In this document: piece by piece, positions 60,487 to 64,000 of the stretch
How positions within the stretch are numbered: the stretch's first letter is position 1
Layout: each line of letters starts with the position of its first letter
DNA from: Dimorphilus gyrociliatus
Taxonomy: Eukaryota > Animalia > Annelida
Direction of reading: 5' to 3'
NCBI GenBank assembly: GCA_904063045.1
Contig: CAJFCJ010000005.1
Coordinates: 1,627,988 to 1,691,987, forward strand
Length of the DNA: 64,000 nt
Position numbers and translations under genes: made by a program
The notes under the pieces: generated by a model
Seen by the model: only the letters and a program-made list of their open reading frames with translations
Database searches by the model: none
What the model was told of the DNA's origin: nothing

Positions 60487-61920
60487 ATGAAATTGAAGAA
60501 TTCTAAATTTGAGTGTTGGCAAGACTGTTCCTTGTCCTCTATTGTATCTAGGTGCCTACGTTCCTGGTTAGAGGAGGAACTTGAAGCTCGCGGTATTGAT
60601 TCTGTAGTATACGGAAGACATATTGTAAAATTGTTACTGAATGAAGAATACGACTCCAAAGGTGAAGGGAAGCAGGACGTATTGGATATCTTAAAAGCCG
60701 CGGTCGACTCATCCGTCGACGTCACAGACCTAGTTAAGTTCGTCGACGAATTACAGTCAAGAATTTGGACGGTTGTGAAGTCGGAGGACCAGAGCGACAG
60801 CGGAATATCCGCCCAAGACGCGAGCTCGGAGGATGACGAACAGTACTCATCAGCTTTTCCACCACTTCCCAGAAAAGCTGATGATGCCGCCACAAACAAA
60901 AGTTTATCAAATGCCCAATGGCGTCCGCCTCCAAAGGCAGACACTATACCACCGTTTATCGTCGCCCGTTTGTCGGAAGAAAGGGATATGGAAGAAGCAG
61001 TTGTAACTCGCCGCCGACCAGTTTTTCTAACAACTAACAGCAATCTTCCTGAGCCCTTGAACTTACCGCCCGACGACGACAAGCTGGGTCTTCAAAATCT
61101 TCAAATAACTCTAGGCAGTGAGGACAGAGGTTTAAAGGATATTGTTGACTTCGTTCTAGAAGACGACAAATCGGAAGTGGTGAGCGTTCCTGAACCAAAG
61201 CGACCTATTTGCACCTACGAAAAGCCATTGATATTAGGTAATTTCTCCCATTCAGCGGCTTTTGAATTAGGAAATTCGGAAGTTTGGTCGTTGAAAGCGG
61301 GTGCGGTTGAAGACGGTTGGCGTCCCAAGAACGCCTCTTGGCTACACACATCCGTCAACTCGGCTTTCTCGTCTTTTTCGCGTACCGAAAATTTTACGGA
61401 AGTGAAAGCTTCTTCTTTTGTCCCGTTTACGTTCAATAAGCACGAAACTACCTTTAGACCAATAAAGGAAAGAGATGATGACGAGAGTACGCCGAAGCCT
61501 GGTCAGCAATACTATCAGTATTCGGACAATCTGTACGCACCCCAATTTAAATTGTTTGGAAATTCTCTTACTGATGCTCCCCCTCCATCTCCCGCCGAAA
61601 GTGAAATATCGATGGAACTTGGAGCGGAGGCGAGTTGGTGGAGTAATGGTAAAGCTTCACCATGTAGCATGGAGGTTGGGCAGAATTTTCTAAAAAACTA
61701 CACTGAACCGATCTGGGCGGGTCGGAAGGAGGAGAAGACCAATAAACCATGTCAATTTTTCATGGAAGGAAATTGTACAATGGAAAATTGTAAATTTGAA
61801 CATGATTTGTCCAAAATTGTTTGTCGCTACTGGTTGAAGGAAAGTTGTTTTAAAGGTTGCTTTTGTCCGTTCAAGCACTCGCTTGATGTTGATGGAGAGA
61901 GAAGGGATGCGGGTGATTGA
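60487..61920 (+). CDS. KIAA0232-like N-terminal domain plus two C-terminal CCCH zinc fingers; coding region intronless
   Basis: RSWLEEELEARGIDSVVYGRHIVKLLLNEEYD..KQDVLDILKAA..FVDEL resembles recalled KIAA0232 TWLGQELEKCGIDAMIYTRYVLSLLLHDSYD; C-terminus PCQFFMEGNCTMENCKFEH and VCRYWLKESCFKGCFCPFKH. Confidence 0.7.
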   Translation: MKLKNSKFECWQDCSLSSIVSRCLRSWLEEELEARGIDSVVYGRHIVKLLLNEEYDSKGEGKQDVLDILKAAVDSSVDVTDLVKFVDELQSRIWTVVKSEDQSDSGISAQDASSEDDEQYSSAFPPLPRKADDAATNKSLSNAQWRPPPKADTIPPFIVARLSEERDMEEAVVTRRRPVFLTTNSNLPEPLNLPPDDDKLGLQNLQITLGSEDRGLKDIVDFVLEDDKSEVVSVPEPKRPICTYEKPLILGNFSHSAAFELGNSEVWSLKAGAVEDGWRPKNASWLHTSVNSAFSSFSRTENFTEVKASSFVPFTFNKHETTFRPIKERDDDESTPKPGQQYYQYSDNLYAPQFKLFGNSLTDAPPPSPAESEISMELGAEASWWSNGKASPCSMEVGQNFLKNYTEPIWAGRKEEKTNKPCQFFMEGNCTMENCKFEHDLSKIVCRYWLKESCFKGCFCPFKHSLDVDGERRDAGD

Positions 61921-62315
61921 ACACGTAAATAATATTTTGCTCGTAAGTTAACAATTGGATTATTCGATAGTTCATCTAATTAATATTAAAACTGTTGCAG
62001 ATTTATCAAAAAAAAAAGAAAAAAAAGAAAAAAAGAAAAAGGAGAAAAAAAAAATAATTCAAGATGTAACAAGGCTGGGTGTATACGACATCATTTTTCT
62101 CGCTTTATTTATCTATTTTTGTTGACCTCAACACTTATGTAGCCATCGCAGTTTTGCCTGTATGCAAATTGTGAAAGTGAACATATAGTCAATATTCGAA
62201 CGTTCTATTGTATTCGCGTTTATTATAGTTTTAAAAAAAATTATAAAAAAAACTGAAATTCGAAAATACACACATTTAACATCATAGTTAAAACGATTAA
62301 TAAATATGTTGTTTT

Positions 62316-62889
62316 CTACAATTTTGCTAGAACACACAACGAAACCCCAGTTGCAACAAATCCGACGCCAATATAAGTGTCTGAAATATCGGTTAATTAA
62401 TAGTTATTTATTCACCTACTAATAGGGACTACGTACTTTTCGAGCCTATATTTTCCTTTAACAAGTAACCTGAGAGTAAGGTGAAGATGAACGTCAATGA
62501 ATTTGTAATTGGAACAACTAAGGAAATATCTGGAAGAAACAAATACGTTAAACTAAAAAATATAATAAAGTAAAAAATAATCAAGAGAACCTGAATTAGC
62601 CAGAGCAATATAATAGAGAACTGAGCCCGATTGATTAAGCACAAATGTAACCATGTACTGTAGAGGTTATTCAAGAATTGAAAACAGAAATACAATTGAA
62701 CGTTGATATTATTATTTTATTTCTTACTTTCCAATTAGAAATAAGGAATTGAAGCTCACTGAAAAACTGTGAAATACAGTTGGATTCCTGAATTTTTTCT
62801 ATACCAGCACCGGCTTTCTTCATAAGGGGATTTGTGCCACCCCATAAAGCAGCGACAACACCCAACCACAGTGTTTGAGCTGTAAACAT
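62316..62889 (-). CDS. TMEM234: Transmembrane protein 234 (EamA/DMT-like)
   Basis: LWGGTNPLMK, FVLNQSGSVLYY, ISLVVPITNSLTFIFT, TYIGVGFVATGVSLCV. Confidence 0.88.
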
Positions 62890-63366
62890 AATTTGTTTCT
62901 CGACGTGAAATAGATTATGCAGAGAAATGAATATTTCTTTTACCAATAAGATCAAAAGGATCCAAAACGGTTTTCTTGGCTTGCATATTTAAACTATTTT
63001 GACTTTTGTAGAATGATACAGTATATTCTATTTCCTAATCCAAGGAATTCTTAAGGAATTGTTTAAATGAGAGAGAATCAGTTGATTTAACAAACTGCCA
63101 ATGTTAACAAAGAAGCGCAAGATATTTAGTATTCTTAAATTAAAAATGTAATGGTAACTACTTAATTAGAAGGAATGCAAAATAGATTCCTCGATTATAG
63201 AGTTCTTACGAAATACGGACGGGACATCGTTCTAAAATTTTTGCTTTAGAATATAGTTTAGTCTTTCGTGACGCATGCGCGCTAAGATACGATTTAAGAT
63301 TATTAACATTCGTCTGTTGAAGATGCAATAGGGAGAAATGGCGTGACTGGTCTCTCAGTCCTGTCC

Positions 63367-63379
63367 CTCCACCTAGCGA
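63367..63379 (-). promoter_or_regulatory. CTCF-like motif
   Basis: Minus strand TCGCTAGGTGGAG, near an NRF1-like acgcatgcgc (about 63271) upstream of TMEM234. Confidence 0.35.
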
Positions 63380-63957
63380 CGTTGAAAAGTGGAACGATAA
63401 TTTAAAAAGACTCTTAACATTTTCTACAAGGACGGAAAGCTTTTACTTGCCATCGAACGGAAGGAGAAACCTACTGAAAAGATACATTTGACATTTGTAA
63501 AAACTATAAAATCAAGAATTAGATAAAAAAAAAAACAAAGTTTTAAAAAATCTTAAGAAGTTGTCAAAATAGAAAATACTACTTCAATACAAGAAGCTAT
63601 ATATAGTTAAATAAATAATATATATAGAGAACAATTACTGATTACTTTTCTCTAATTGTTAATAGTGTTTTTAATATAAATAATGGAGAGTATATTTTAT
63701 TAAGTTTACTTGTTTTGAGGTTTTCAATTTATTATAAATATTATGCAATAATAATTTTTTGAGTAATAATTACTGGGTGTTAATATCCTTAAAAGGATAT
63801 TAAAATCTCTTTATATCTTAGAAAAGAATCTTTAATTTTGAAGATAGCTTTGTTTGAAGCCCAAGTAATATTATAGTGAGTGGGTTTAATTAATCATCCT
63901 GAGAGCTACATAGCTAATAAAGGTACAAATAGTAGAAACAAGGATGAGAAAGAAAGG

Positions 63958-63983
63958 GAATATATATATATATATATATAGAT
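63958..63983. repeat. (TA)n microsatellite
   Basis: aatatatatatatatatatatagat. Confidence 0.9.
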
Positions 63984-64000
63984 ATTTCAGTAATTGATAA

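Noticed and set aside
62006-62054. Long A/G-rich tract after the KIAA0232-like stop as a retrocopy poly(A) tail
   Set aside because: Interrupted by G, no target-site duplication seen; it is the poly-pyrimidine/T-rich 3' region of convergent TMEM234, and intronless status alone is insufficient.
63320-63492. Stop-free stretch RCNREKWRDWSLSPVPPPSDVEKW...
   Set aside because: No ATG or convincing splice sites; overlaps promoter-like motifs of TMEM234.
63781-63790. ATATCCTT resembling a U12 5' splice site (also at about 28995 on the minus strand)
   Set aside because: Not at an exon boundary and no matching TCCTTAAC branch point or AC acceptor.

Overview
Eukaryotic, AT-rich, very gene-dense animal DNA with mostly 55-70 nt GT-AG introns. 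A complete myohemerythrin plus this compaction suggests a miniaturised annelid such as Dimorphilus gyrociliatus; that is inference only. I reconstruct about 21 protein-coding genes by hand: DCST1-like, Lifeguard/TMBIM, ELAC1 (with an antisense NHL-repeat gene nested in one intron), a 107-aa orphan, a very divergent ionotropic glutamate-type receptor, CCDC42/CFAP73-like, trifunctional GART, enolase, Furry, a 3-exon orphan type-I membrane protein, TMEM151-like, SOD1, FAAP100-like, Hhex, a membrane progestin receptor-type PAQR, HSPA9, PEX12, myohemerythrin, KIAA0232-like with CCCH fingers, and TMEM234. No prokaryotic system, CRISPR array, tRNA/rRNA gene or intact transposon was seen. The best second-look signals are: (1) an intronic H/ACA snoRNA-like hairpin in HSPA9 whose pocket fits the conserved 18S site equivalent to human U1238; (2) TA-CAG-TA/TA-CTG-TA interruptions of (TA)n tracts that look like Tc1/mariner excision footprints; (3) the iGluR with an N-terminal ShK-like Cys motif and an eroded gate; (4) the nested gene; (5) orphan genes; (6) an in-frame stop at the GARS/AIRS splice donor. 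All gene models and splice sites are manual and untested.
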